A DNA stretch of 63,380 nt, counting the filler, from Reticulomyxa filosa (taxonomy: Eukaryota > Protista > Foraminifera): the NCBI GenBank assembly GCA_000512085.1. It is 14 parts of 14 records of this genome, joined end to end, with 100 filler letters (N's around TTAATTAATTAA, not from the genome) between each part and the next. Parts side by side here need not be neighbours in the genome. Positions count along the whole stretch, not along the records: positions 1 to 1,129 come from ASPP01037802.1; positions 1,230 to 9,494 come from ASPP01023497.1; positions 9,595 to 22,213 come from ASPP01009754.1; 11 more parts are not named here. One strand, given 5' to 3'. How positions within the stretch are numbered: the stretch's first letter is position 1; every line of letters starts with the position of its first letter. The notes below the pieces were generated by a model. That model had not been told where the DNA came from and did no database searches. It saw nothing but the letters and a program-made list of their open reading frames with translations. Positions 1-13,018 of this stretch are shown piece by piece. The position numbers were made by a program, and so were the translations under genes.

Positions 1-1036
1 TCCTTTCAATTTCATTAGAAATTGAGTTATATCACAATACAAAAAAATATGAAGAACATCTACGAATGAGATGTTGGAATGCATCTACCCAACTGTTTTT
101 CTTCCAATTGTGATGAAATCGTTGCAAGTGCGTGTACACAATAATTAATAATTGTAATTCTTTCATCCTCAAGGATATTTATCAAACATTCAATAATATC
201 ACTCAAGTATCGTTCATTTAATTCCATTGATATCCTGCAAAGTAATTCTGCGCACGTCTTAGCATGTTTTTAAAAATTTTTTGTAACATTGGACAATAAT
301 ATCAAGTTTCTGTTGAAATACACAAAATTCAATCGATCTTTCATTAATCCCATATCATTAAATGTATTGGATTGTGTTTGAATTATTTTAATTTGATCAA
401 TGATACACAAGTGGATATCTGGATGATGCAAAACATATTGAAAATTAGGTAAATACGATCGCGTCACTTTGTCCAATGGTCTATACTTATCATTATCAAA
501 TTGAATCCAAAGAATGATCCATGGTTTGAATGAATTAACAAGTAATTTATGATAAGTTCGAAGTTATGATGAAAAAAATGAACTATCAGTGCCTGTTTTA
601 CAAGCACCCAGACAATGCATAAATAACATCATTTGATGAATTGGAACAATTTAAGGTGCTGATGAATGCAACAATTTCCAAAAATACAATAAACCTGATT
701 AATAATGCATTTGGTGTCATTTAAATCCCATTGTAGAATATGTAATTCATTCATAATCATTGACCATAAGTATTTAATATCACAATTACTTTCATCTTTC
801 TTTTAGTCATCACTATTGTCATTAATGTGATGAAAAGCATTGATAATTTCCTCAAAGGGATGTGCAATAGATACTGGGATTGATGATTCCACATTTGACC
901 ATTTCTCCACAAATATGTAATTCTTTGGGACAGTACACTTTTTCCACTCCTCGAATACTAATGTGACATATCTTTGATTCTTTTTGTTTATCATTCCGAA
1001 TATCTTGTAATTCGATATTTTCAGTTTGATTTCCAT
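1..1036 (-). pseudogene. Degenerate copy of a lineage-expanded helical/HEAT-repeat-like protein family
   Basis: Minus-strand reading LLHSSAP*IVPIHQMMLFMHCL...SS*LRTYHKLLVNSFKPWIILWIQF...LPNFQYVLHHPDIHLCIIDQIKIIQTQ is protein-like but has in-frame stops and frameshifts. Family assignment is from recall only. Confidence 0.5.
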
Positions 1037-1129
1037 AAATTAATGAACAATCTGATAAATTTATCCATTTTCCGTTTTCTTCTTTATATTTTTCATCTTC
1101 TTCACTTTTTTCTTTTTGTTGATTGTTGA

Positions 1130-1229
1130 NNNNNNNNNNNNNNNNNNNNNNNNNNNNNNNNNNNNNNNNNNNNTTAATTAATTAANNNNNNNNNNNNNNN
1201 NNNNNNNNNNNNNNNNNNNNNNNNNNNNN
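1130..1229. other. Artificial contig spacer (44N-TTAATTAATTAA-44N), first of 13; others start at 9495, 22214, 29446, 31884, 34012, 35584, 36856, 44049, 45511, 49482, 51013, 55170
   Basis: Identical 100-nt structure each time; TTAATTAATTAA places stops in all six frames; GC content and genes change abruptly across it. Confidence 0.98.
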
Positions 1230-1269
<40 letters not shown>

Positions 1270-1353
1270 ATAGGAGCATGCTCGGAGGAGGAGGAGGAGA
1301 TTGAGGAAAGAAAAAGGAAGCAATGAAAGCAATATGAAAAACATGCAATTAAG

Positions 1354-3075
1354 ATGACAATGCAATGCCAATCGAAAGCAGAAACGCGGGAGAAAAGCAC
1401 GCAAATGACACCCCCACCTCCGTCTCTTCCACCCATGACGACGACAGCGACGGATAAAGACAGTCAGCACAAAGAGCAAAAAAAGAGTCCACTCCGAGAG
1501 GACAAGTACGTGCAGACCACCACCAGGGAGTCGTTGTCCTCAGAGACAGTACCTTCTACTTCTTCCTTCTCCTTGCTGGATGCAAATACAATTATCGAGC
1601 AATTGAAAAAAGAGCTGTCCACAAAAAATGACGAAGTTTTGCAGTTTACAAAAGAAAATGAATTTTTGGAGGAATCTATTAAAACCGTTCAACAAGAAAA
1701 TATTAATTTAAAATTGGAGGTTGACCGGTTACGTATCTTTTTACATATACGTATACATGTATGTATATATTTGTGTATACGTATGTGTCCATGTTACAAT
1801 GCAAATACAAACACGTAAGGAAAAAAAAAAAAAAAAAAAGATGTAAACAATCGGTGGAAGATGAAAAGATCTATATAAGCCATTTGTGCAAACATATGGA
1901 CCAAATGTCGAAAGAGCAGCTAGTGGACAAGAAGAATGCGCAGCAGTACCTGAGAATGTACGAAGAGTGCAATGAAAAGTTAAAGTTTTTGCTGCAACAG
2001 CAAACGCAAAGTACGTCGCAGCAAATCGCCAATTTGCAAAAGTTTTTGGTTGGGAGTGAGACCCAGTGCAGCGAATGGAAGCACAAATATCAGCAATGCC
2101 ACAATCAGCTGGTGCAGCACAGGAATGAACAAGCGCTGTATCAGCGCCAAGTCGATCAGTACTTTCAGGATTACAAAGTGCAAATCGAACACTTTCGTAC
2201 ATTAATGCAAGAAAACTTAAGGCATTACAACCAATCCTTGGCAAGCATTCAACACGAAAACGAACTTTTGAAAACCGAACATGCCAATTTGCTGCATGAA
2301 CTTGGAAGCACACAGACTTCTCATCTTGACAACCATGCTTCATTGCTGATTTGAAAGTTCAATTATACATACATATAAACATATACATATGTACATATAC
2401 ATATGTATGTATACATATATATGTATACGTATATGTATGCGTGTGTATGAGTGCATGTACAAATAATATATAAATATATATATATATATATGTGTGTACG
2501 TACATATACTTTTTTTTTTGATAAATATTACCTATTGCATGAAAGTATAGAAAACCATAAGAGAGCAAGAAAATGAATTAACAGAGCTGAAAAAGCAAAA
2601 CTATTCCTGGCAATTGAAATGCGAAATGCAGAGCCAGTTGACGGGCAAAAAGGGGTTGAACATTGAACAGAAAAGCGAAGACAAGGCAGATGTCTGTGTA
2701 CAAACCGAGCCGTTGCAATGGAAAACGTGTAATAAGGACAATCAAGTTAAATATAAAAACACCTTGTATCAATTGCACGAGTATTTGTTACGGCTTGAAA
2801 AGAAGGCGCTCCAAATCGTCCAGGACTGGGGCTCTGGAGCCAACTCCAAATCGCAATGGAAAATTTCGGAGTGCACGCGCGACAAATGCGTGCTATCGAG
2901 TACGAAAGAGCAGGAAGAAATGGAGGCTGATGAAGAGTCCAATAGAGCCTCTTGGAGCCACAGCCAAGGACTGGAACATTGCACACAATTGTGTAAGCAA
3001 ATTTGTGATCATGTTGACGACTGGCTTGTTACTTATGTCGCGGAAAATCAGTGTGTCAATTGTTTGACACAGTAA
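1354..3075 (+). CDS. Coiled-coil protein, 3 or more exons, probably 5'-partial
   Basis: Heptad-like E/Q/K/L-rich segments ~1354-1727, 1841-2357 and 2551-3075 separated by GT-AG introns with (TA)n tracts; apparent 1-nt frameshift near 2340. Confidence 0.7.
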
Positions 3076-3518
3076 TATATATATGTATATATATCTGTCT
3101 TATTAATCTTAAAATTACAAAAAAGAAAGGCAAAACCCTCTCTTTTTTATCATGTTGTGTTTCTATCCGTTTTTGTGATGGTTTGTTTGCTTCTATTGAA
3201 ATATGGTGTTAGCCACAAATTAAAACGATGCCAAAGTTGTATTTATTTATTTAAATATTTTTTCTGTCTTTATTTTTATTTATTTTGTTCAATCTTCAGT
3301 GGTAGTAATAAAAATTTTTCGCGTTCCTCGTTCAAAAGTAAACCGGAAAAATACTAAAAAATCGTATTTTGAATAACAAATTTTGCTTTCCACAGTTCAA
3401 AATATTATAGTCTTTCCATATTTGTGACATGAAAATGTGTTATAATTCTATAAACGTGTGAGGTAAAAAGATTTAAAAAAGCCTCGGACAGGGCTTGCTA
3501 CTTAAATTTGGTCGAAAT

Positions 3519-4395
3519 ATGAGAATTCCGAATTTGTATTTATTGCTTTTGTATAGCTGCTTCTTCTTTTTTGTGAGCAGTAGCAAATACGAATGCCTCA
3601 ATGTTTGCGAAATTTGTGACAAAGAGCATTGTGAATACGGCTACTACTGTTCTAAGGAAGGGAGTGATAAGTGCATCGTTTGTAATTCCGGCTATTCACT
3701 GGATTGTCAAACGTGTTCCTGTCACTTGCCTTCTCAAACCGCGCTCTCAGAAGTACTAAAACCATTTAAAAATCTTGGAAGAAAACAATTGGTGTATTGT
3801 TTAGTTGGTATTGGAGTATTTATTTTCTGCTGCACTTGTTGCTGCTGCTGTTGTTGCAAAGTTAATATTTTTACTTTTTTTTTGGCAACAAAGTTAGATT
3901 AACTAAGGGAAAAAAAAGAAAGAGCAAAGGAGAAAATTGGGGTATTGAGAATGTTGAAAATGCATTTTTTAAAGAATGACTCCAAAAAATGAAAAATGTC
4001 CGAATTCGCAATTTTTTAAAAATGATATACTTTTTAATATCGCTTTCTAAGTTGATTTTTTTTATGCACTCGAAATGTGGTGACCATTTTTGTATGCGTG
4101 TGGGTTTGTGTGGGAACAGTCTTGCCGGAAACGGTCCAAAAAACATCACCATCACCACCACCATCACGAATATTATCATCAAGGCAGAGCCCCTCAACAA
4201 GTTGTTGTTCATTCACGACAACCATCGAGAGCTGCTCAGCCAAACAACGCCGAACCTTTGCTGGTGCCCAATGTTCAATATCCAGCATCTTCACAGCCTC
4301 TTCCGTACAATCCTCAATACTATCAAAGCGTTCAGCCGAGCAACCCTTTCGAATATGCAAGTGCACCATTTTTGGATCAGCCTGAAGGGCAATAA
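3519..4395 (+). CDS. Single-pass membrane protein: signal peptide, Cys-rich ectodomain, TM, poly-Cys, His/Pro/Tyr-rich tail (Shisa-like architecture)
   Basis: Exon 1 MRIPNLYLLLLYSCFFFF...LVYCLVGIGVFIFCCTCCCCCCCK, intron ~3861-4119, exon 2 SCRKRSKKHHHHHHHH...QPLPYNPQYY. Confidence 0.75.
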
Positions 4396-4875
4396 TCAAT
4401 GTCGCACTTTTTTTAAAAGTGTCCCAATGTTTCTTCTTTGTTTTTAAAAAATTGTCTGTTTCTTGGTTTTTTTTTCGATCACTTTTGTGGTTTGATGGAA
4501 TTTTAGAAATTATTTTGTCACTTGGGTGGAGATAATTTTAACTCGCTTGACAATTGAAAAAAACGAATTGTCCCGAGAGGCAAGAAAACGGAACTTTTTT
4601 TACAAAAAGTTTAGGAAAGAGGAATACAATAAAATTAAATAGTAATGTTTACTTTTAAAAATGATATATGATGCAATGCCATCTATTATGAAGAATAAGT
4701 TGGCCCTTTTTTGTCTTGCTTTAAAAGTGTCTCCGCCATTAAAAAAATATAAAGTATTTCGAACAAATTAATTTTTATATTAAACAAGTCAACATTACGA
4801 AGGGTTGGCATGTGACAAGTTTTTGGCTGCGTCTTATAAAAAGCAAGAAATTTCAAGCCGGATATTTCCAAATTT

Positions 4876-5298
4876 TCAATTATACAACCTATTTGAAGGG
4901 AAAAGTATGTGGCCGATCAGTACCCCAGCAACGCATCCGTACAAACTCCATAAACCACCTCGTCTTATTGGGTCAAGTTTGGTGCCGACGTTTCGTTCGT
5001 TGTCAGGATAAGCGTAGTAAGATAAAAAGTTAATGCCCACTGAGACAAGAACACACCCCAAAACAAATCGTCTTCGTTTGTCGTTCGCACTTGTCTCAAC
5101 TTTTTCGAATATCGAGTGAACAATTACACTGCTGCCACAAACGACACCAAAACTTCCCACCCAAAAGAAACTGGAGTTTGACATAATGTGATAAGCAACA
5201 CTAGATTGGATTCTATTAAAAAAGTTGCCGTGTGAGCGTCCTTTTATTTCACTGTTGCTAGTTGTATCTTTGTTCGAAGTAATATATTTACTCGTCAA
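4876..5298 (-). CDS. Small hypothetical membrane protein (about 3 TM)
   Basis: 140-aa ORF with three hydrophobic segments; start codon uncertain. Confidence 0.5.
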   Translation of the reverse strand: MTSKYITSNKDTTSNSEIKGRSHGNFFNRIQSSVAYHIMSNSSFFWVGSFGVVCGSSVIVHSIFEKVETSANDKRRRFVLGCVLVSVGINFLSYYAYPDNERNVGTKLDPIRRGGLWSLYGCVAGVLIGHILFPSNRLYN

Positions 5299-5419
5299 GT
5301 GGATTATAGTTCGATTATATTTCTTTACATAAGAGTTATCTACTTTAAACGTAGCTTAATTGAATTTTGTACAGTCGAAATTTTTACAAGTGTTAATTAA
5401 TTTATTAAAATAAAAAGCT

Positions 5420-6414
5420 TTATAATAGTTGCGCATTTTTCTTTCGGATAACAATTCGGTACAGCCAAAAAGCCAGCCCAGTGGCAATAAAACAAGAAAA
5501 AGAGCAAATTGCAAAGCAATAACGAAAACATTGAACTCCATAGCAATAATTGTCGTCATTAGGATGTGCCTGTCTGTTTTGTTGGTAAGCGTAAAGTTCT
5601 CCAGCAGTAAGAGTGGCGAAGATGACACTTCCGAGGGACGGAGAAAAATCCAAAGCTGCATAGTTGCCAGCAATATAACGGTTTCCCCACAGCTCGCAAC
5701 TGATGACCACAATAGTTCCAAAAAGCCAACCAAAGCAGCTACCGATCGTCATTGCGTTGAATAACAGGATATATGGATTATGAATAAAACAGATAGATCC
5801 ATGCAGCACGCACATCAGCGCCCCAATGGCCATTAAACTGGCAATGCGCTGATATTTGTCTTTCAATCGACCAGCACATAGTCGTCCACTAAAGTTCATG
5901 CACGAATAAACACTAACGAGGCTTGCACTCAACTACGAAAAAAGAGGGAGCACCACATTGAGAAAAAAACAAAGCAAAAAATTTAAAAAAAAAAAAAAGC
6001 AAACAAACAAACAAAAAAAAACACAAACAAAACAAACGTTTCAATTTCGACTTCATTTGAATTCGTATGGACAATATCTGTAAAAGAGAATATATAGAAA
6101 GGGATTGAACAAGGAGAGGAGAAGGAAAGAAAGAGATGGGACATTAGAAACAAAATAAAGTACACTATAAAAATTGTGCGGCTACGTGTTATCATATTTT
6201 TAATGTATTTGTGTTCGAAACAGCGTCATTTTGTTTTTGCACAGTGGCGGTGGAGGAGAGCGATTCAACCAATTGAGCGACGTTATTGACAAAGGTGAGG
6301 CCAGTTCCAGCCAAGATCATAAAAATGAAAAACAGCAAATAATACTCACTTGTTCGAACGACATAATCCAATCCGACTTGCAATATCGGTTTATTGTCTG
6401 TTTCATCATTATCG

Positions 6415-6445
<31 letters not shown>

Positions 6446-7531
6446 CATTACCATAAACACTGCCAAAGGTGACGGAATTAATGTGAGCGATTTCATCATC
6501 CACGCAAATACGAATAGCACCGTGACAAGTGCAGCTAAGAAGCACTGGTGCGACCCAAATGAGTAGCGTCAATGCGAAGATTGTCAGACGAAGTGACGCG
6601 GGCACATTCACGACAGCCTGAAGGACAGCGGTGAGAGCCAGAAAGTAGCCAAAGAAGAGGATGGCTACGTACCACAGCCAAAAATGCCCCGTCATCATCG
6701 ATTTCGCCGTTTCTGCATGCGCAATCGCACTTGCATGACTTTCATTCCCAAGTGCTTGCCCGCCGCTCTGCAAGCAGGGCATGCTCATTCCTAATTCCGT
6801 CTCATTGAAGTACGTATACTGCAGCATCGTCGGTGGCGTCCTCATCTGCCAATTCACCCACAGGCATAGCGTCGCCGGAATGAACAATAACATTACCATC
6901 ATAAATTTATTGGTCTCATTGTTTGCTAAACCCAATTTCCATTCCGCCACAAAAGCGCTACTAATCCCAATATATCCTTTTTTTTTTTTTTTTTACAGTT
7001 AAACAAAAAAAAAAAAAAATTTCATAATTTTTTTGGGTTTGTTTGTTTGATGCGTTTTTATTTCTTACCTTTGGTCATAGCTAACAATGCAGGTCGGTCA
7101 TGCACTGGGAAAGAGTTGGCAACTACCGCGACACCAATGGAGGTAAACCAGGCATTGCCTTGTTGGTACGTAAAGTTTGCTACTGCGATCAATGTCATTC
7201 GTGTTAGCTTCGCTTCGTTGCTCAAATCGATCCACTGCGCTGTGAAGGCGTACAAAAACAACCAACCGATACAAACTAGGCTTGTGCCGGTCCACACTGC
7301 TTTAAATGTCCCATGCCGGTTTATAAATAGTCCTGGGATTATCGACAAATACAGACCAAAGTTGCCCAAAGTTGCTATCACGTTTACTTCCGTCTGCGTA
7401 AACGACAGCCGGTCTTTCATTGTGTCACTGATTAAGCCAAAGGCATAAGCTGTACCACTCAGCGAAAGTAATATCAAAGTATGTCCTAAAACTACCCATC
7501 GACTGGACACCCATCTTTTGTTTTCTTTCAT
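5420..7531 (-). CDS. Nodulin-like / MFS transporter (NFD4/MCH1-type), 3 exons
   Basis: Motifs SLSGTAYAFGLISDTMK...SFTQTEVNVIATLGNFGLY, NSFPVHDR, GTGLTFVNNVAQLVESL, NFSGRLCAG, CYGVQCFRY; about 12 TM; introns ~7069-6979 and ~6212-5933. Confidence 0.88.
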
Positions 7532-8042
7532 CGATAATAATTAATCATATAAATAAGGGAACCGCAAAAAAAAAAAGTTTGTCAACGTTAAACGATTTCA
7601 AATCAAATTACAGCTCCAAAATTTCAAAGTCGCAAAGTTGACAAAAAAATTGCAAAAATTCCTTCTTTGATGACAAAACTATTAAAAAATTCGCACAATC
7701 ATGCAAAAATACAAAAAAATTATCACAAAAAAAAAAACTACATAAATCCTTCATAAAAAAAAGCTTATGCTAAAGCAAAAAACAAAAAATTAGTAAAGTG
7801 TAAGTGAAGAATATTAAATTAAAAAATTGTGCGTAATGTTGAAACCACCTTTTTTTTCTTTAATATTATAATGCTCCAATTGGAGCAAAAAAATTTTTAA
7901 AAATAAAAATAAAATTATTGAATGTCATGTGTCACATTCTTGACAACTGTCATTAAATTTTTATTTTATATTTATTTTTATTTTTATCAACATTTATACT
8001 TTTGTTTTTTTTCATACAACAGAATGCAAAAAAAGGACAAAT

Positions 8043-8231
8043 AAAACGGCAACTTATAGAGATAATTGATTTTCTACATGAAAAAACAACATTCAGACAT
8101 AATTTTTTAAATAAAAAACCAAAATGATATTTAAAAAGTACAAGGATTGTATATATTTTTTATAAAAAAAATTATGTCTGAATGTTGTTTTTTCATGTAG
8201 AAAATCAGTCATATACATAATGTGCCGTTTT
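8043..8231. repeat. Long inverted repeat / foldback (MITE-like)
   Basis: 8067-8108 TGATTTTCTACATGAAAAAACAACATTCAGACATAATTTTTT is the perfect reverse complement of 8166-8207; outer AAAACGGCA/TGCCGTTTT pair at 8043/8231. Confidence 0.85.
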
Positions 8232-8405
8232 CGGTGTCAACTTTACTTTGCATTATCTGTATAACGACATACGTTTGGGCTACATTTTATTCGATTATGA
8301 ACGAAGTCTGTTCAGTTGTCATTTGAATTGATTTCGTACTATATCTTTTTTTTTTCAAATTTTTTTCCAAATTTTGTAATTTTTTCACTGTTGAATCGTA
8401 TATCA

Positions 8406-8470
8406 TTTTTTTTATCGACGTACATGCTTTTTTTTATCGACGTACATGCTTTTTTTTATACTACGTACAT
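8406..8470. repeat. 22-bp tandem repeat, about 3 copies
   Basis: TTTTTTTTATCGACGTACATGC x2 plus a diverged third copy. Confidence 0.8.
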
Positions 8471-8705
8471 AATTTTGCAAATTCATTTCCTTTTTGTTTG
8501 ACTTTAATGGAAAAGTCGTTTGATTATACGTTTTATCTATTTTTTTCTATACTTTTTTAAAAAAAAAGCCGAAGTCAGTGTATTAGAAAAAATATTGACT
8601 AGTGAGTCGGTTTTAGCTATTGACAGGAAAATTGTTAATAACCTTTTTTTTTCTTTAAATTAAAAAAAGTTGAAATTTACTGGGCCAGACTTACTACAAG
8701 AAGTT

Positions 8706-9480
8706 TTATGTGGTACTCTTTTCTTCCTTTTCTTCAACCCGGTCTTTGTGGACTGAAGATTTTGTTTCGATGACGGGACCAGTGACGGGATGACTTGGTT
8801 GTTGTTCCTCTTCATTGACCCACGTCATCATCACCTCTTGAATGAGATCAGGATGCGAAGTGAACAAGGTGAAGCAATAAGGAGTCTTAAGAAACTCCTT
8901 TAAGTTTTGGGGTTTGCGTAAGAAAATGGACGTTGTTTTTTTCAAATCGTCGACGACATCTTTACAAAACTGTGCATTCTTGTAACGCTTGCAGGCGAGC
9001 AAGGCCACTCCAACATTGGAAGTATTGACATCTTCTTTCATGAATCGAAACAGTAAAGCGGTCAATTTGTAGATGTGATAGATGTCTGCACATTGAAGCA
9101 TATCTTCGCACAGTTCATTGTTCTGTTTCAACTCTTCCCGCGGGATGATGCCAGTGTAAATATAGAGCAGCACGTACTTCATCGTCAATGGATGTTTCAG
9201 GTCTTTGACAATGACCTCGTCGTCCGACAAGCTCTCTTGCTTCTGTTCGAACATCTCCGCAAATACATCGCTGTATTTGCTCAGTATATCTTTGTGCGCT
9301 TTCCAACGCACCTCTTGTTGCTGTTGCGTCTTCTTCCCGTCTTGCGATTCGTCCTTCCCGCCGGACAGCTCACATATAAATTCGACGTCCCCATACTTCT
9401 TGCTTTCAATCATATCCGTTACACCTTTCGACCATTCTTGCCATTCCACATTTCTTTGGATGTCAGTACTTTGAGAATAC
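8706..9480 (-). CDS. BTB/POZ-domain protein (SPOP-like C-terminal half), 5'-partial
   Basis: YGDVEFIC...WKAHKDILSKYSDVFAEMFE...MKYVLLYIYTG...MLQCADIYHI is the BTB consensus. Confidence 0.9.
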
Positions 9481-9619
9481 AAAAGGGGGGGGGGNNNNNN
9501 NNNNNNNNNNNNNNNNNNNNNNNNNNNNNNNNNNNNNNTTAATTAATTAANNNNNNNNNNNNNNNNNNNNNNNNNNNNNNNNNNNNNNNNNNNNAAAAAA
9601 AAAAAAAAAATGGGAACAG

Positions 9620-9988
9620 AAAACAAAAGATTCAATACGTGCAGGAGTGGAAGGCGTCTTAGGCGCGGATATAACAAAGCAAGCCATCGAGTTTTGGAGT
9701 TCGTGCGCCGACGCAGAATTAAAAATAAAGTACGACAAAAAGCGTGGATCGAAGGACCAACAGAACAAAACAGTCGGAAGTGTAAGTAAGGCCATGCCCG
9801 AAATTGTCCCCATTTATTTAAAGGCTTTGGCCATGCACTCTGACGATGAGCCGGACGAAGATGAGTGGGATGTTCGAAAGGCTAGCGGTTGTTCGTTGGA
9901 GTTGTTTGCACAAGTGGTCGGCGACGAGATTCTTGACCCTGTTTGTAAATTTGTTGCCCAGAATGTCAGAAGCGAAGTTTTGCAAATT

Positions 9989-10024
<36 letters not shown>

Positions 10025-12068
10025 CAAAAAAAAGGAAAAAAACATTACGTCTTATTTTTCCTGAAGAGAGCCGTTCAAGGAGGAGGGAATGGTGCAAGAC
10101 TATGTGACGCAAGAATGATTGAAAAAAAAAAAAAAAAAACTAAAATATCCAAAAAAAATAAAATAAAATTAAATGATCAATAATAATATGGATTGACAAA
10201 CAGAATTGGCACTCTCGCGAAGCAGCAGTATGCGCATTTGGGCTTGTGATGGAGGGTCCGAAAGTAGAAACTTTAATCCCTCGTGTAAAATCGATCTTAA
10301 GTGTTATCTTAAGTTTAATGGGCGATCGCTCCGTATATGTTCGGCAAACGGCGAACTGGTGCTTCGGTCGAATTTGTTCGTGTGTCCCACAAGGAGTGGC
10401 CGGTGTTGACTTTATGCAACAACTGCGCAAGTCCCTATTTGAGCAGTCGAGCATTGCCCATTACGCTTGCTGGAGTATATCCAGTTTGGCAACTTTTTAT
10501 GGCCAAAACAAAATTAACTCCCCGCTTCTAAGGCCAGAGATAGTCCCTGACATTGTCAAGACACTATTGGAACGTGCCGAAAAACAAGACGCCGATGCAA
10601 GAGTTGTCAGTGCGTGCTTTGAAGCAATTAATCAACTCATTTCCAATGGACCCAAAGATAGTGAAGCCTTTAAGAGTTACCACTCCTTTTACATTTTTTT
10701 TCCGAAGGAGGAAGGGGGGGGGGAGGAGGGGCAGAGGAGAGAGGGAGTGAGAAAAAAAAAAAGATGTTCTATGATATCATATCATAAACAATATCCAATA
10801 TTTAGAAATGGTTAACCAATTGCTTCCAGGATGGATTGATCGTATTGTTGATCTATCTCGCCCCGCTTCTTCTTCTGATCATCATCAAAATATGTTGGCT
10901 GCTACATTATCTACACTTAATGTGTGCATCTGACCATTTTGTTTTTTTTGTTTAATATAAGTTTTTTTTTTACAAAAAAAATATATGGGCTTGTAAAATC
11001 AATTGCATTCTCGGTAGTCAACTTGTGCATGTTTTGATTACAGGTGTCGCTGAACGTGTTGGGACCACATTGCCTCGATCAAAAAAGCACGAATCGATTG
11101 ATGGATAGTTTGATAGGTCTGGGCGCAACTAACCAAGTTGTGATCGAAGAAGCGTTGCTATGCATATCCTATGTGTGTTATGTAGTTGGAGATAATTTTT
11201 TCAATTACTTCCGAACGCCTCAAGTCCAAGCCTTGCTTGTGAAAGCAGTAGATATCGACAACCACAAAAATCCAAACTTGTGTCAAGTTGGAGCAGCTGT
11301 CATTGGGGATTGCTTGTTGGCTTGCACAAATAGTATCAAAAAAAGCATCAGTACTGATCAAAGACTCCAAAAGTTTACTGATGAAATTGTTCGAAAAATG
11401 CTCACGCTCATTTTACACATGGACTTTCCTTTGGAACATAAGCCTCATTTGTTGGGGACCTTGACAGACGTTGGAATTGCGTTTGGTCCTTTCTGGGAAC
11501 GATACACAAACGTTGCTATTAACAATAGTTTCAATTTAGGTAAAACGTCTTTTTTCTCTCTCTTTTTCCTCAAAGATAACAAAATTTTGCTATGAAATAA
11601 CTTAGCTTTGGCAGAACTACCTCCCGATCCAGATACAGAAGATGTTAAAGCAATGACAGAAATTCGAGAAACACTAGTCGATATGTGTCGCGCAACCATG
11701 TTGGCAATGTCTGAAAAAGGGGCTTTACCTGCTTTTGGAAATTTCCTTGGAAATTTTTTAAAATTGTTACAAGCAATCACTAAAGATCCTTTTCGCACTG
11801 AACGTGAAGTCAAAATCTTTTTGGATTTCATACATGAAATGATTGAAGATTTTCGTTCCAAGCCTAACACAAAAAGCATGTTGGCACAATTAAAAGTTTC
11901 GACAATGCATGATTTTCTAACCATGGCAATTAGCAATCCCAACCTAAAACCGTTTGCTCAACAAGTATTTCAAGTATGAGATTTTCGTTTTATATTTTTT
12001 CTGTTCTCTTTTCTCTTTTTTTTTTTTGTTTACAGTTTTCTTTGCTTTTTCAATAGAATCTAAAATGA
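9620..12068 (+). CDS. KPNB1: Importin subunit beta-1 (karyopherin beta), 5'-partial, multi-exon
   Basis: QAIEFWSSCADAE; acidic loop DDEPDEDEWDVRKASGCSLELFAQVVGDEIL; WHSREAAVCAFGLVMEGP; DRSVYVRQTANWCFGRI; KPHLLGTLTDVGIAFG. These match importin-beta HEAT repeats. Confidence 0.9.
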
Positions 12069-13018
12069 TGAAAATCAAACGATGAAACAGAGAAGGAAAA
12101 TACATGGAGTTAGTTGTCTTGAACTTTAGTTGTGTCACCTTTTTAAGTTATTTATCAACGACTTTTTTCTTTGTTTTGTGGTTGGAACTGTCGTCTATTT
12201 TTCAAAAAAATTTTTAATAAAAGATAAACCAGTGAAGGGAGGAAAAAAAGCATGTGGGCATGTGAAGTGGAACGCACGTGGCTGCTGACCAGCTTTTCAA
12301 CATAAACTTATTTCCAAATCACTACACTTTTTGCGTGGTGCATGATCATTTTTTGTTTTTTTTGTTTTTGTTTGAACAACCTATATTTATGTCGACTCTT
12401 CTCCCAAAAAAACCACAAGATCTTACTAATTTTTATTTCTTTGCAAAAAACATTAATAAAATAATCCTAACATAAATGGCGCCACATTTTCAAATGTAAG
12501 CGAGGTTACTTCTTTTTTGCATTCGCTTAAGTACGTCTCTGGTATGTCCTTTCTTAATCTGTTTTTCTTTTTAGAACTTACTTTTATTCTTTATTATTTA
12601 AATAAGCTCTAAACAATGAACAAAAAGATGTAAATACTTTTGCACAGGATCTACTGTTAAAATTAGTCTTGTATCCAGTCTTTTCTTTATTAGTCTACCC
12701 TAGCACTTTTTGCTTTTTATAATTGCTTTATGCGAAAAATAGAATGCAAAAAATTTTAAGTATTGGAATTGTTATTCGCGAAAAAAAAAAATTTAGTTAG
12801 ACATGCCAGTCGAGACAAAGGCCAAAGACTTTAAACAAAATTGATGTGTTGTTCAATTGTGTTTCGTAACACAATTGTCACATTGAAAAGAAAATGAGGG
12901 ACACAAGGAGTTCGAACCAAGTCGCAAGTTTTTGGAACTTTTTTAATTTTGAAAAAAAACTCAACTGTCCACATTTTTACATCTCTTCCCATCCAAATAA
13001 ATGGGACAAAAGTTTAAT

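Noticed and set aside
12895-12930. GTTCGAACC T-loop-like motif suggesting a tRNA
   Set aside because: No acceptor, D or anticodon stems could be formed around it.
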